A stretch of DNA of 64,000 nt from Oscillospiraceae bacterium. GTDB lineage: Bacteria > Bacillota > Clostridia > Oscillospirales > Ruminococcaceae. A program made the translations under genes and the position numbers. Of this stretch, positions 8,075-16,705 are shown piece after piece; the stretch's first letter is position 1; each line of letters starts with the position of its first letter. The notes under the pieces were generated by a model. The model saw only the letters and a program-made list of their open reading frames with translations, ran no database searches and was not told the DNA's origin. Location of the stretch: assembly GCA_009777635.1 (NCBI GenBank), contig WRLK01000006.1:7850-71849 (forward strand). Reading direction: 5' to 3'.

Positions 8075-9373
8075 TTAATCCTTTGCGGTTAAATATTTAT
8101 TGCCGGCGCCAAGTATAATCAGCCCTATAAGGAACAGCACAATAATAGACAAAATTGAAAGTGAGCTGCGCCCCGTAACAGCTTTCGTCACGGCGTAGAG
8201 CAAAGGGCCGAGTACGGCCGCAAATTTTCCGAAAACATCGAAGAACCCGAAAAATTCGCCGGAGTTTTCAGGAGGTATCATCTGGCAGAAATATGATCGG
8301 GAAATCGCCTGTATTCCGCCTTGGACGGTACCGACCATAATGGCTAAAATCCAAAATAGCACGATAGCCGTGCTTATCCCGAAATAGCCCTCCTCAAGCC
8401 CGAAGCCCATGAAAAACCCGATGATACATATAATCAGGTATTCACAGACCGCCGCGCGGATCATATTAAGCGGGCCGAAGCGGCGCGAAAGGCTTGCAAA
8501 CCACATGGAGCACGGAAACGCGACAAGCTGGGTCACAAGCAGGGCAAGAATCATGCCGGTGGCGTCAAGCCCCAGCGACGTGCCGTAGCTTGTAGACATG
8601 TTTATTACGGTACCCACGCCGTCTATATAGAAAAAATAAGCGAGAATAAAAACCAGAATTTTTTTGTTCTTTATAATCATCTTGGCGGTATGAAAAACCG
8701 CGGCGAACGCGCCGCGTATAACCGAGCCTGACTGCGGCTTTTTAATTCCGTAGCGCTGGCGGACGTTTTTAAGAAACGGGATTGTGAACAGCCCCCACCA
8801 CAAAGCCGCGACGGCGACGGAAATCTGAATGGCAAGGGAAGTGCCGATACCGAAGCTCCCGCCGAAGGTTATGAGCGCGATGCTGAAAAGAAACGGGATC
8901 GTGCTTCCCCCGATATATCCGTAAGCATAACCGTATCCGGAGATTTTGTCCATCCGGTCGGGCGTCGTTATATCGGCTAAAAAGCTGTCATACAGCAAAT
9001 TGCCGCCTGAAAAGCCTATGTGCGATATCGCGTAACCGAAAAGCAGGAACATCCAGTTTTCAAAAACAGCGCTCAAAAATGTAAATACAACGCCTACAGC
9101 GAAAAAAAAGATAAAAAGCTTTTTCCTGTATCCGATAAAGTCGGACAACGCCCCGATAACAGGCGCGAGAACGGCTACGATGATCATGGCCCCGGCAGTT
9201 CCGAGACCCCACCAGTAATCGCCGGACTGCCCGGCGGCTCCCGCTACATTCGTAAAATATATCGGGAATACGGCCGCCATCATTATGGTCGCGTATACCG
9301 AGTTCGCCCAGTCGTACATTATCCAGCTTTTTTCTTCACGCGTAAATTCGAATTTCTTTTTCAAACCTTTCAC
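8075..9373 (-). CDS. MFS transporter, UMF1/Atg22-like family
   Basis: 432 aa with about 12 TM segments. The N-terminus EEKSWIMYDWANSVYAT is typical of this family. GTG start overlaps the upstream stop. Confidence 0.75.
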   Translation of the reverse strand: MKGLKKKFEFTREEKSWIMYDWANSVYATIMMAAVFPIYFTNVAGAAGQSGDYWWGLGTAGAMIIVAVLAPVIGALSDFIGYRKKLFIFFFAVGVVFTFLSAVFENWMFLLFGYAISHIGFSGGNLLYDSFLADITTPDRMDKISGYGYAYGYIGGSTIPFLFSIALITFGGSFGIGTSLAIQISVAVAALWWGLFTIPFLKNVRQRYGIKKPQSGSVIRGAFAAVFHTAKMIIKNKKILVFILAYFFYIDGVGTVINMSTSYGTSLGLDATGMILALLVTQLVAFPCSMWFASLSRRFGPLNMIRAAVCEYLIICIIGFFMGFGLEEGYFGISTAIVLFWILAIMVGTVQGGIQAISRSYFCQMIPPENSGEFFGFFDVFGKFAAVLGPLLYAVTKAVTGRSSLSILSIIVLFLIGLIILGAGNKYLTAKD

Positions 9374-10548
9374 CCCTTCATTGTGCCGAAGCCTTCAAGC
9401 TTTAGACTCCGCGCCGCGAGCGGCGCGATATCAAGCAGGCTGCCTCCGCGGGTAACGCCGCCGGGCTTCATGCCGGAGCCCCTTACCATGTAAAACACGG
9501 TATAATCGGGTATATCCAAGGGATATCCGTGGTCGGCTTTTTTTCCGGAAGAAAACGCCTCATAGCTGTAACCGGATTTAGCGGAGAAGCCGAAGGCGAC
9601 GTCCTTTCGTCCGGATTCAAGCATTTCCTCCGGCGATAAAAATCGCCTAAACCCGTCGCTTTGCCCGATATCGGCGCGAAGCGCATCTATTAGCCGCGCT
9701 AAAAGCTTCCCGGAATGGAAAAACGCAGAGCCCCCGCAGCATTCTATATAGCATCCACTCTCGCCGGGGATATAGTTCTCGCCTTTAAGCGTCAAAAGCC
9801 CGCGCGCCACGAGCATGGCGTTCGGGTCTAAAACCGTATGCACATTGATCTGTCCGTGGTCTGAAAACAGGATAATATCCCTGCCGTCACCGGCCGCGTC
9901 AAGAAGTGCCGCTAAATTCCTGTCAAGCGATTCAAAGGCCGTTTTAACGGCGGCGCTGTCTTTGCCGTTCTTGTGGCAGAGCATGTCGTAGGCGGTTAAG
10001 TGTATCAGCGCAAGTCCGGGGTTGTATTCCCGCAGGATATCAACCATGCACGCCGTTGAGAAGCTGTCAAGGCCGGGCTGGCTGACGCCGTTAATCAGCG
10101 CGCGGTGCCGCAGGAACATTTTAAGCTGCAAAAACGTGCTTCCGGCTTTAAGGTTGTGGATGACCTGGTTTTTCCCGTAAGGCGCCAATGATTCCGGGAT
10201 ATTATACCGTATGGTTTTTGAATAAGCGGTAAGCGGCCAGAGAACCGCCGCGACCTGGATACCTTTTTCGGCGGCGGCCTGCCAGACGGTTTTAACGCGT
10301 ATCGAAGACTCGCGGGTGTTCCATAGGGGATGTGGCGACGGGAACGGCTCGGTGTTTGATATTATGCCGTGGACGCCCGGGGTAACGCCGGTAACGGCGG
10401 AGGTGTGTACAGGATAGGTATTGCTTAAGAATACGGTAGAAATTCCGCGGAATAATGCGGATTGCTTTAAAAGGGAGTTGAAGGCGGGATATTCCGACAG
10501 GCGGCCGAATTCGCTGTCGCCAATGGCGTCAAAGCTTATGATTAACAT
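9370..10548 (-). CDS. alkaline-phosphatase-superfamily nucleotide pyrophosphatase/phosphodiesterase
   Basis: SFDAIGD...TYPVHTSAVTGVTPGVHGI motif, which is type I phosphodiesterase-like. The ATG at 10548 lies behind AAAGGAG. The track ORF starts at an upstream TTG. Confidence 0.7.
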   Translation of the reverse strand: MLIISFDAIGDSEFGRLSEYPAFNSLLKQSALFRGISTVFLSNTYPVHTSAVTGVTPGVHGIISNTEPFPSPHPLWNTRESSIRVKTVWQAAAEKGIQVAAVLWPLTAYSKTIRYNIPESLAPYGKNQVIHNLKAGSTFLQLKMFLRHRALINGVSQPGLDSFSTACMVDILREYNPGLALIHLTAYDMLCHKNGKDSAAVKTAFESLDRNLAALLDAAGDGRDIILFSDHGQINVHTVLDPNAMLVARGLLTLKGENYIPGESGCYIECCGGSAFFHSGKLLARLIDALRADIGQSDGFRRFLSPEEMLESGRKDVAFGFSAKSGYSYEAFSSGKKADHGYPLDIPDYTVFYMVRGSGMKPGGVTRGGSLLDIAPLAARSLKLEGFGTMKG

Positions 10549-10747
10549 ATTAACGACCGCTCCTTTTGCTGCTTCCAAGTCACAAAATGGCCATGAAAAG
10601 GAATGGTCATTTTGCGGAAAAGTATATACCTAACATTGTAATATAAATTATTCTGCAAAACAAGCAAAGCCTTAAGAATTTTTGTATTTACCAAGATATT
10701 ATGGTATGATATGTATGCAAGTTAAAAGGACAAGGAGATGAGGAATA

Positions 10748-11860
10748 TTGCTGCAATTTGAAGAACAGCTTAAAATGCTGCTTGAAAAGAAGCAGGCGCT
10801 TGAGGAGGTAAAAGCAGCACTCGGGATAGAAGACTTAAAAGCAAAGCTGAAAGAGCTCGATGAGCAGGCCGCCGACCCAAATTTCTGGGGGGATATGGCA
10901 AAGGGACAGGCCGTTTTGCAGAGCATAAAGCAGATCAAGGATAAAATCGAAAGCTATGAAAGCTTAAAGCTGCTTTTTGACGATACGCTGACGCTTATTG
11001 AAATCGCGCAGGAAACTGGCGACGAAAGCGTGCTTGACGAGGTGACGGAGGATGTTTCCCGCGTTAAGGAAGAGGTTGAATCCTTAAAGCTTGCCACCTT
11101 GCTGACAGGGGAGTACGACTCGAAAAACGCGATCATATCGTTTCATTCCGGGGCGGGGGGCACGGAAGCGCAGGATTGGGTGCAGATGCTTTACCGCATG
11201 TATACGCGCTGGGCTGAGCGCCGCCGCTTCAAATATAAAGTGCTCGATTATTTAGCGGGCGACGAAGCGGGAATCAAATCCGCGGCGATTGTCGTCGAGG
11301 GGCACAACGCCTACGGTTTTTTGCGATCTGAGGCGGGCGTCCACAGGCTTGTGCGGATATCCCCGTTTGATTCGTCGGGGCGCCGTCATACGTCTTTTGC
11401 GTCTCTTGAAGTCATGCCTGAAATCGACGAGGATGTAAACATCGTCATAAAGGACGAGGATATACGCATAGACACATACCGTTCAGGGGGTGCGGGCGGT
11501 CAGCACGTCAACAAAACCGACTCCGCCGTGCGTATAACGCATCTTCCAACAGGGATTGTGGCGGCGTGCCAGAATGAGCGCAGCCAGCACCAGAACAAGG
11601 AAGTCGCGATGAAAATGTTAAAATCAAAGCTTGCCGAAATCAAACAGCGCGAACACCTTGAAAAAATTGAGGACATCAAGGGCGAACAGAAAGAAATCGG
11701 TTGGGGAAGCCAGATACGCTCATATGTGTTTATGCCGTATACAATGGCGAAGGATCACCGCACAAATTATGAATCCGGCAACATCGGCGCCGTCATGGAC
11801 GGCGAAATAGACGGGTTTATTAACGCCTACCTGACGGATTCCGGCCTCGGGAAAATCTAG
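10748..11860 (+). CDS. prfB: peptide chain release factor 2 (single uninterrupted frame)
   Basis: SPF tripeptide (RISPFDSSGRRHTS) and the GGQ motif ([12 protein letters not shown]). TTG start. No CUU UGA C shift site was found. Confidence 0.9.
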   Translation: MLQFEEQLKMLLEKKQALEEVKAALGIEDLKAKLKELDEQAADPNFWGDMAKGQAVLQSIKQIKDKIESYESLKLLFDDTLTLIEIAQETGDESVLDEVTEDVSRVKEEVESLKLATLLTGEYDSKNAIISFHSGAGGTEAQDWVQMLYRMYTRWAERRRFKYKVLDYLAGDEAGIKSAAIVVEGHNAYGFLRSEAGVHRLVRISPFDSSGRRHTSFASLEVMPEIDEDVNIVIKDEDIRIDTYRSGGAGGQHVNKTDSAVRITHLPTGIVAACQNERSQHQNKEVAMKMLKSKLAEIKQREHLEKIEDIKGEQKEIGWGSQIRSYVFMPYTMAKDHRTNYESGNIGAVMDGEIDGFINAYLTDSGLGKI

Positions 11861-11887
11861 CGCCGCTGTCAAAATATACAAAAAATA

Positions 11888-11914
11888 AACATCCAATTTG
11901 TGCAAAATTGGATG
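11888..11914. terminator. intrinsic terminator between convergent prfB and comFB-like genes
   Basis: ACATCCAATTT-GTGCA-AAATTGGATGT, a perfect 11-bp stem. The T-run is on the minus-strand side. Confidence 0.6.
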
Positions 11915-11953
11915 TCCTTATGGCTAAAGTTTCCGGAGCTGCGGCCGATATAT

Positions 11954-12241
11954 CTAATGATTAGGTGAAGTGCGCACCTTTTCTACCGCCGCAATGCATG
12001 CGACCGTCAGATCTGCTAAGTTTACCGGGTTCATCTCCGGCACTTTTGCGAAAAGCTCGCCTTTTGCGGTAGTGACAAAGAACGTAAAGTTGTAAGTGCG
12101 GTTGTTGAAAACCATCGCGCATGCGTCAAGGAAACATTTTTCGCACCGGCACATGTCGGTGGCCTTAATAATTTCGCGAACACGGGTTTTTACCGTATCG
12201 TCATATGCGTTTACCAGCGCGTATTTTGGTTTATCGCTCAC
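11954..12241 (-). CDS. ComFB-like (late competence development) family protein
   Basis: 95 aa. The CRCEKCFLDACAMVFN cysteine pattern and the size fit ComFB-domain proteins. GTG start. Confidence 0.45.
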   Translation of the reverse strand: MSDKPKYALVNAYDDTVKTRVREIIKATDMCRCEKCFLDACAMVFNNRTYNFTFFVTTAKGELFAKVPEMNPVNLADLTVACIAAVEKVRTSPNH

Positions 12242-12341
12242 GTCATAACCCCGCTTTCTTTTTATCTGAAATCATACAATAACATATTCTAACATCATTT
12301 TATCTTTATTACAATATAAATTATGCAAGGAGGAAAACATA

Positions 12342-13304
12342 ATGAGCGTATCAATTAACGGCGCGCTATCCCAGTACACCTATACGTATCAGAACCAGAT
12401 GCGCGGCAGTCTCGACAAAAACGACGACGCAGCATGGGACCGCTCGGAGCTACAGGCGTATGCCGACGCGTATAAAAAGGCGACCGGCACGGGGCTTGAC
12501 GTTGACAAGCTGATGGAGAAGTACGCAAATGAAGACGGCATGATCGACTACGCCACACAGCAGCAAATGTACAAGGACGACGCGCTCGGGTTTTCAAAGC
12601 TGAGCTCAGCGGCGAACAGTACAAGCGATGCGGGCGAAACGTCCGGCGCGGCGAGCAGCGCGCCCACAGGGGCAATGACGCAGACGCAGCGTGACGCGAC
12701 GTTAGAGGCTGTCCACCGCTTTACGTACAGCTACGGAAAAGAGCTCCGCCCGAAGCTCGATATGGACGACGACGGGCTTTGGAGCCGTGATGAGCTTTCC
12801 GAATATGCGAGATTGTTCGAGAGGTCGACGGGACAAAAGCTTGACGTTGACGCAATCATAGAAAAGTACGGAAACGACGACGGCTTTATCGACCCGCTAA
12901 ACCAAGCGAAGGTGCTAAAGGACGACGCGCTTAAGCTTTCAGCGTTAAAGTCTGCGTTTGACGAGGTCTCGAATGTTAATTACTACTCGCCGAACCCTGT
13001 AACGTCTAACAGCGTATCGCAGGAAAGAAGGCAGTCCGGCGGCGTGTCGATGCAGGATTTGCTTGAGGGCATGTCAAGCTCCAGCAAGATGAGGTTTTCC
13101 GTTATGATCCAAAACATGGAATCGCAGCAAAATATGCTCAATGAATTCATGTGGACGGGCGGAAACGCGTCCGGCGGCATGTTCGCGCTTGCAAACGCAA
13201 GGACGGACGCCATGAACATGTATCGACTGCAGATGATCCAGGGCGGCGGCCCCGGCGCGCTTTTCGGGGAAATGCCCGGCACCGGGATGAATTTTTCGAT
13301 TTAG
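12342..13304 (+). CDS. hypothetical protein with duplicated EF-hand-like module
   Basis: Strong RBS (AAGGAGG). Two copies of a module of about 78 aa, each containing a DxNxDxxxDxxE loop (DKNDDAAWDRSE / DMDDDGLWSRDE) and a degenerate NxDGxID loop. Met/Gly/Asn-rich C-terminus. Confidence 0.6.
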   Translation: MSVSINGALSQYTYTYQNQMRGSLDKNDDAAWDRSELQAYADAYKKATGTGLDVDKLMEKYANEDGMIDYATQQQMYKDDALGFSKLSSAANSTSDAGETSGAASSAPTGAMTQTQRDATLEAVHRFTYSYGKELRPKLDMDDDGLWSRDELSEYARLFERSTGQKLDVDAIIEKYGNDDGFIDPLNQAKVLKDDALKLSALKSAFDEVSNVNYYSPNPVTSNSVSQERRQSGGVSMQDLLEGMSSSSKMRFSVMIQNMESQQNMLNEFMWTGGNASGGMFALANARTDAMNMYRLQMIQGGGPGALFGEMPGTGMNFSI

Positions 13305-13306
13305 TG

Positions 13307-13335
13307 TTGACTTATCCTTATCTTTCTGATAAAAT
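13307..13335 (+). promoter_or_regulatory. sigma-A promoter of the infC-rpmI-rplT operon
   Basis: TTGACT (13307-13312), 17 nt, TAAAAT (13330-13335). Confidence 0.55.
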
Positions 13336-13472
13336 GATTTAAACAACAAAGCAGAACCATCCGTTCTCACCCGTCGGCGATGTGGCCGCACGCGGTCAAT
13401 ACGAATTCAGGCTTTTGTCATGTCTTTGTATCAATATGCGGGTGCTTCGGCGCCCGCATTATTATTATATTT
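13336..13472 (+). promoter_or_regulatory. infC leader with intrinsic-terminator attenuator (candidate L20 leader)
   Basis: Leader of about 150 nt ending in ATGCGGGTGC-TTCG-GCGCCCGCAT (13436-13459) followed by TATTATTATATTT, just before the infC RBS. In Firmicutes the L20-responsive leader occupies this position. The consensus itself was not checked. Confidence 0.4.
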
Positions 13473-13486
13473 GGAGGTGTTTTGCC

Positions 13487-14008
13487 ATCAGCATCAAAGA
13501 ACTGCTTATCAACGAGGAAATTAAAGACAAGGAAGTGCGGCTTGTAGGCGAGGACGGTGCCCAGCTCGGGATACTCCCGATTGCGGAGGCGATGCGCATA
13601 TCCCTTGAGCGGAACCTGGACCTTGTAAAAATTGCCCCTCAAGCCAATCCGCCCGTGTGCCGTATCATGGATTACGGCAAGCACAGGTTTGAACAGGCGA
13701 AACGCGAAAAAGAGGCGAGAAAACACCAGAAGATCATCGAGACAAAAGAGATACGCCTATCGCTTAATATTGATAAACACGACTTTGAAACAAAGCTTAA
13801 GAATGCAATCAAGTTCTTATCCCACGGCGACAAGCTCAAGGTATCCATCCGCTTCAAAGGCAGGCAGATGGCGCACCCGGAGCTGGGCCAGGAGCTGATG
13901 AAGCGGTTTGCGGAGGCGGTTTTAGAATACGGGACAATCGACAAGCTGCCGAAGCTTGAAGGACGCAGCATGATCATGTTCGTAACGTCAAAGACGCCGG
14001 TAAAATAA
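13487..14008 (+). CDS. infC: translation initiation factor IF-3 (probable non-AUG ATC start)
   Basis: ISIKELLINEEIKDKEVRLVGEDG...PPVCRIMDYGK...IRFKGRQM. GGAGGTG lies 7-9 nt before ATC 13487. The track ORF's GTG at 13382 would run through the leader and terminator. Confidence 0.85.
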   Translation: MSIKELLINEEIKDKEVRLVGEDGAQLGILPIAEAMRISLERNLDLVKIAPQANPPVCRIMDYGKHRFEQAKREKEARKHQKIIETKEIRLSLNIDKHDFETKLKNAIKFLSHGDKLKVSIRFKGRQMAHPELGQELMKRFAEAVLEYGTIDKLPKLEGRSMIMFVTSKTPVK

Positions 14009-14052
14009 AAGAGTGTTGCACATTTTTAATATACTAAGGAGGAATTTACCAC

Positions 14053-14256
14053 ATGCCGAAGTTAAAAACGCATAGCGGAGCGAAAAAGCGCTTTAAGATG
14101 ACGAAGAACGGCAAGATTAAAAGATCTCGCGCCTACAAGAGACACCAGCTGGGCAGCCAGATTAAAAGGCAAAAACAAAAGAGAAGGCTTAGAAAAGCCA
14201 CTTATGCCGACGTCACGAATATGAAGGCAATCAAGCTTTTGCTCCCCTATAAATAA
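14053..14256 (+). CDS. rpmI: 50S ribosomal protein L35
   Basis: MPKLKTHSGAKKRFKMTKNGKIKR... and its position between infC and rplT. Confidence 0.9.
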   Translation: MPKLKTHSGAKKRFKMTKNGKIKRSRAYKRHQLGSQIKRQKQKRRLRKATYADVTNMKAIKLLLPYK

Positions 14257-14284
14257 TCAAAACTAACTGCGGAGGTATAGAATT

Positions 14285-14638
14285 ATGGCTCGAATAAAAG
14301 GGGCAATAACGACCCGTAAAAGAAGGAATAAAACAATCAAGCTTGCAAAGGGCTATTTCGGCGCAAAAAGCAAGCTCTTTAAAATGGCGAAACAGGCCGT
14401 TTATAAGTCCGGCCAGTACGCCTATATCGGCAGGAAGCAGAAAAAACGTAATTTCAGAAGCCTTTGGATCACGAGAATTTCAGCGGCTTGCAAGTTAAAC
14501 GGAATGAACTATTCCACATTTATGAACGGGCTTAAAAAAGCGGGAATCGAACTGAACCGTAAAATGCTTTCTGAAATTGCCATCAACGATCCGGCAGCTT
14601 TCACGGTCCTTACCGAAAAGGCAAAGGCCGCAAGATAA
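14285..14638 (+). CDS. rplT: 50S ribosomal protein L20
   Basis: [33 protein letters not shown]... Confidence 0.9.
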   Translation: MARIKGAITTRKRRNKTIKLAKGYFGAKSKLFKMAKQAVYKSGQYAYIGRKQKKRNFRSLWITRISAACKLNGMNYSTFMNGLKKAGIELNRKMLSEIAINDPAAFTVLTEKAKAAR

Positions 14639-14644
14639 CATCCA

Positions 14645-14683
14645 ACGCCCGAGCCGCTTGAAAGGAATCGGGCGTGTTGTTTT
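14645..14683 (+). terminator. intrinsic terminator after rplT
   Basis: ACGCCCGA...TCGGGCGT stem followed by GTTGTTTT. Confidence 0.6.
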
Positions 14684-14693
14684 AGGTAATATA

Positions 14694-15479
14694 ATGGAAT
14701 CGATCACTTCAAGGGAAAACCCTAAAATCAAAAAAATCATAAAGCTAAACGCCAGGGGAAGCGTAAGGGACGACACAAACCTGTTTGTAGCCGAGGGCGC
14801 GCGCCTTTGCCGGGACGCCATTCTTAGCGGCGTCATCGTGCGGGAAGCGCTCTTCACCGAAAAAGCCCTCGAAAAATATGAACAAGCGCGTTTTTTCGCG
14901 GATAATCACGCTTCTATAAGTTATATTATAAGCGATAGCGTTTGTGAAAAAATATCAGGAACGAAAAACCCGCAAGGCGTTTTCGCAGTATGCGAGAAGC
15001 CGGATTTGAAAAGGCCCGGTAAACACCCGGAAAACGCAAGATACTTTCTTTTAGCGGGGCTTCAGGACCCCGGTAACCTAGGCTCGATCATCCGCACGGC
15101 GGAGGCCTTCAAAATGGACGGCATATGCATATCGTCCGATTGTCCCGGGATATTCTCGCCGAAGGTTTTGCGCGCGTCAATGGGCGGAGTGTTCAGGCTG
15201 AATATTTGGGATTCCGGCGACATGCTAAAAGAGGTAGCAAGGCTCAAGGACGAAGGCGTGAACGTTTATGCGGCAGGGCTTTCCGGGAATGCAGAAGGTC
15301 TTGCTGACACGCGGTTTCTGGGCGCTTGCGCGGTGCTTCTTGGAAACGAGGGCGCGGGGCTTTGCGAAAACCTTGAGGCAATGTGCTCCGGCGTCATAAA
15401 AATTCCAATGGCGGGAGCCGCCGATTCGCTCGGAGTCGCCGCCGCCGCCGGGATTTTTGCTTGGGAGATGACAAAATGA
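14694..15479 (+). CDS. TrmH/SpoU-family RNA 2'-O-methyltransferase
   Basis: SpoU motifs (GLQDPGNLGSIIRTA, LLGNEGAGL). The ATG at 14694 (MESITSRENPKIK) lies after the rplT terminator. The longer track ORF overlaps rplT. Confidence 0.8.
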   Translation: MESITSRENPKIKKIIKLNARGSVRDDTNLFVAEGARLCRDAILSGVIVREALFTEKALEKYEQARFFADNHASISYIISDSVCEKISGTKNPQGVFAVCEKPDLKRPGKHPENARYFLLAGLQDPGNLGSIIRTAEAFKMDGICISSDCPGIFSPKVLRASMGGVFRLNIWDSGDMLKEVARLKDEGVNVYAAGLSGNAEGLADTRFLGACAVLLGNEGAGLCENLEAMCSGVIKIPMAGAADSLGVAAAAGIFAWEMTK

Positions 15480-16648
15480 CGAACCATGAATCGGCCGACT
15501 GCGTATATTGGATTTGGTTCCAGCTTGTGTTCGGCATTGGAACGAGGCGCGCCGAGCTTTTCATGAATTATTTCGACAACCCGAAACAGATATTTGACGG
15601 GATCAAGCTTAGAAACCGCGTGTCCGGCATGCTTGAGGAAAAGGAGCTTATAAAATCCGACGCCGCGTTTATTGAGGCTGAAGGCATAAAACGCCGGACG
15701 CTTAAGAAAGGCGTGGACATCATAACGCCGGAGGATAACGCGTATCCCGCACTGTTAAGCCAGATTTACTCAAAACCTGCCGTTTTGTACGTGAAAGGCG
15801 ATTTGTCCGGCATGAATGGCAGGCTCGCGATTGCGATGGTAGGCTCGAGAAAATACAGCGAGTACGGCAAGGAAGCGTCCGCGTGGATCGCAAAAGGGCT
15901 TGCCAGAGGCGGCGCGGTGGTCGTAAGCGGCCTTGCGCACGGCATAGACACCGAATGCCACCGCGCCGCGCTTCAGGCGGGCGGCAAAAGCATCGGCATC
16001 ATGGGCTGCGGCATCGACGTGGATTACCCGAAAGGCAACGCCGACTTAAAGCGGATGATTTCCGAAAACGGTGCGGTTGTCACGGAATATCCGCTTAAGA
16101 CGGAGCCAAAAGCGATGAATTTCCCGATCCGCAACCGCATTGTCTCCGGCATGTGTCACGGCGTCGTCGTAGTCGAGGCGGATCTTTTAAGCGGCTCGCT
16201 TTTGACGGCGGGCCACGCGCTTGAGCAGGGGCGGGACATCTTTGCGGTACCCGGCAGTATCTTTTCGGAGCGGGAACGCGGTACACACCGGCTGATACGC
16301 GACGGGGCAAAGCTGACGGAACACGCACAGGATATTTTTGATGAGTATGAATATCTCGGGTTATGGAAAAATGTGAGGGAAGAGCATTCTCAAACTACTT
16401 TGCCGATTATGGCCGAAGTTCCTCAAAAGCCGCAAAAGCCCGCGGCAATTGGCGTGCAAAGCCTGCCGGAGGGTCTGAGTTCGGACGCGAAAACCGTATA
16501 CAATATCTTAACCGAAGAAACCGTCACGGTCGATACGATAACCGAGCATTCCGGATTAGATGTGTCAAAGGTGCTCACCGCCGTCACGGAGCTTGAAATT
16601 TACGGCCTTGTGACAGGACATCCCGGCAGAAAATTCAGTATTACATAA
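15476..16648 (+). CDS. dprA: DNA-processing protein DprA (Smf)
   Basis: GSRKYSEYG...SGLAHGIDTECHRAAL Rossmann-like core. ATGA overlap with the upstream stop. Confidence 0.85.
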   Translation: MTNHESADCVYWIWFQLVFGIGTRRAELFMNYFDNPKQIFDGIKLRNRVSGMLEEKELIKSDAAFIEAEGIKRRTLKKGVDIITPEDNAYPALLSQIYSKPAVLYVKGDLSGMNGRLAIAMVGSRKYSEYGKEASAWIAKGLARGGAVVVSGLAHGIDTECHRAALQAGGKSIGIMGCGIDVDYPKGNADLKRMISENGAVVTEYPLKTEPKAMNFPIRNRIVSGMCHGVVVVEADLLSGSLLTAGHALEQGRDIFAVPGSIFSERERGTHRLIRDGAKLTEHAQDIFDEYEYLGLWKNVREEHSQTTLPIMAEVPQKPQKPAAIGVQSLPEGLSSDAKTVYNILTEETVTVDTITEHSGLDVSKVLTAVTELEIYGLVTGHPGRKFSIT

Positions 16649-16705
16649 GGGCCAAAAATAAAACGCCGGCCTTTACAAGCAAATGAACCGATTATGGAGG
16701 ATTCT

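Noticed and set aside
10738-10762. Possible programmed +1 frameshift at the start of prfB. A short ORF (ATG AGG AAT ATT GCT GCA ATT TGA) ends in TGA, and the +1 frame continues into RF2.
   Set aside because: The canonical site (CUU UGA C with an upstream SD-like element, at about codon 25) is absent. The region homologous to that site is read in a single frame (...KAALGIEDLKAKLKELDEQ...). A TTG start at 10748 already gives a full-length N-terminus. The 8-codon ORF is most likely coincidental.
13382-13486. GTG-initiated N-terminal extension of infC, as given in the ORF track.
   Set aside because: It would translate through the leader's terminator hairpin. It also adds an unconserved Cys/Arg-rich 35-aa segment ahead of the conserved IF-3 N-terminus.
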